From Candidatus Methylomirabilota bacterium (GTDB lineage: Bacteria > Verrucomicrobiota > Verrucomicrobiia > Limisphaerales > UBA11358): a DNA stretch of 64,000 bases. Position 1 is the first letter of the stretch. The number at the start of each line of letters is the position of its first letter. Where the stretch lies: contig DASQOZ010000015.1 in NCBI GenBank assembly GCA_035644195.1, positions 7,580 through 71,579 of the forward strand, read 5' to 3'. The position numbers were made by a program, and so were the translations under genes. The notes under the pieces are model-generated. The model searched no databases. It was not told the DNA's origin and was given only the letters and a program-made list of their open reading frames with translations. This document shows, in pieces, positions 63,281 through 64,000 of this stretch.

Positions 63281-64000
63281 TCAATTCGCATGCTGTGCGT
63301 AATTGTTTTTATCAATCACGACGGGCGTGGGAATCGGCACGATGAATTTGCCGCCGCCCATGATGTAACCGCGCTTCTTCGGCAGAAATTCCTTCAGAAA
63401 ATTCCACGCGAGAATCAGGTAGGCGTCCGGCGCGTCCATGGTTTTTTCGTCCACAATCGGCAGCCGCGCGCCGGGAATGTATTTGCCCATCTTCAACGGA
63501 TTGACCTCCACCGCGCACTGCACCAGTTCGGTCGTGATGTGAAATGAATTGAGCAGCGTCGCGCCTTTGGCGGGCGCGCCGAAGGCATAAACCTTTTTTC
63601 CTTTTGCGTGGTAATCACGGAGAATGGCCATGAGTTCCGCTTCAATTTCCCAAACACGGGCGGCAAATTTTTTGTAGGTTTCAATCTTGTCACAGCCGAG
63701 TTCTTTTTCTTCCCGCCGCATTTTTTCGACGGAAGCATCAATCTTCTGCATGCCGAGCGGTGCGACTAAAAGTTCCATCGAGCCGCCGTGAATCGGCAGT
63801 ATGTCCGCGTAAAAGATTTCCAGACCGTATTGCGAAAACAGCCGGTCGAGCGAATGCACCGTCCAGTAAGTGAGGTGCTCGTGATAAACCTGGTCGAACT
63901 GCGTGTATTTGATCATTCCAGCCAGTGAAATCGCTTGCACGCAAAACACGCCGCCGTCACGGACCAACTCGGCGATGCCTTCGGTGACGCTGTGCAATTC
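63281..64000 (-). CDS. NDP-sugar C-methyltransferase paralog, 5' end outside window
   Basis: Its C-terminal region aligns with 53477..54724 ('PIHGGS', 'GAPAKGATLLN', 'LILAWNF', 'FIVPIP'). The ORF is still open at base 64000. Confidence 0.75.
   Translation of the reverse strand, partial: ELHSVTEGIAELVRDGGVFCVQAISLAGMIKYTQFDQVYHEHLTYWTVHSLDRLFSQYGLEIFYADILPIHGGSMELLVAPLGMQKIDASVEKMRREEKELGCDKIETYKKFAARVWEIEAELMAILRDYHAKGKKVYAFGAPAKGATLLNSFHITTELVQCAVEVNPLKMGKYIPGARLPIVDEKTMDAPDAYLILAWNFLKEFLPKKRGYIMGGGKFIVPIPTPVVIDKNNYAQHAN

Overview
The window is a 64-kb chromosomal segment. Gene content suggests a PVC-type bacterium, possibly Verrucomicrobiota-like: many LamG and secreted-repeat proteins, few Shine-Dalgarno sites, and a recurring pyrimidine-rich leader repeat. 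This taxon guess is inference only.

Bases 1-39,700 are mostly housekeeping genes:
- Regulators and enzymes: a LysR regulator, two cytoplasmic histidine kinases, purine nucleoside phosphorylase, MoeB/ThiF-rhodanese, IscU and MscL.
- An RNA-processing string made of RNase III and a beta-CASP RNase.
- Redox and thiamine genes: a TlpA-like redoxin, ThiS and ThiH.
- Alanine racemase, an M29 aminopeptidase, MutL, tRNA-Asp, transketolase, AlgH and a squalene/phytoene synthase.

Several short blocks that look AT-richer by eye (not computed) interrupt this stretch:
- A HEPN-like + HNH cassette bounded by 10-bp inverted repeats.
- A shell-less Rhs-core toxin with a candidate immunity gene.
- A Phd/VapC pair.
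- Three blocks of orphan genes.

Bases 39,700-64,000 are one large glycan-biosynthesis region:
- Two inverted LamG paralogs bracket an FkbM methyltransferase / flippase / GT2 cassette.
- A tightly packed minus-strand operon encodes GT4, a hexapeptide acyltransferase, FkbH, an ACP, MaoC-SDR and a LamG protein.
- Downstream are RmlD- and RmlC-like enzymes, two sugar C-methyltransferase paralogs, HddA/HddC-like heptose activation genes, two more epimerase/dehydratases, and a 943-aa polytopic membrane protein.

The most unusual observations are:
1. A DA1-like Zn-peptidase whose stop codon overlaps the start of ThiS, inside a split thiH...thiS cluster.
2. An octamer-periodic leader repeat found 8-10 nt upstream of several start codons and also embedded in the mutL linker.
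3. An orphan promoter plus a C-rich hairpin that carries the 16S anti-SD 9-mer, next to tRNA-Asp.
4. The HEPN/HNH cassette and the Rhs-tip module.

No CRISPR array, rRNA, integrase or transposase was seen.
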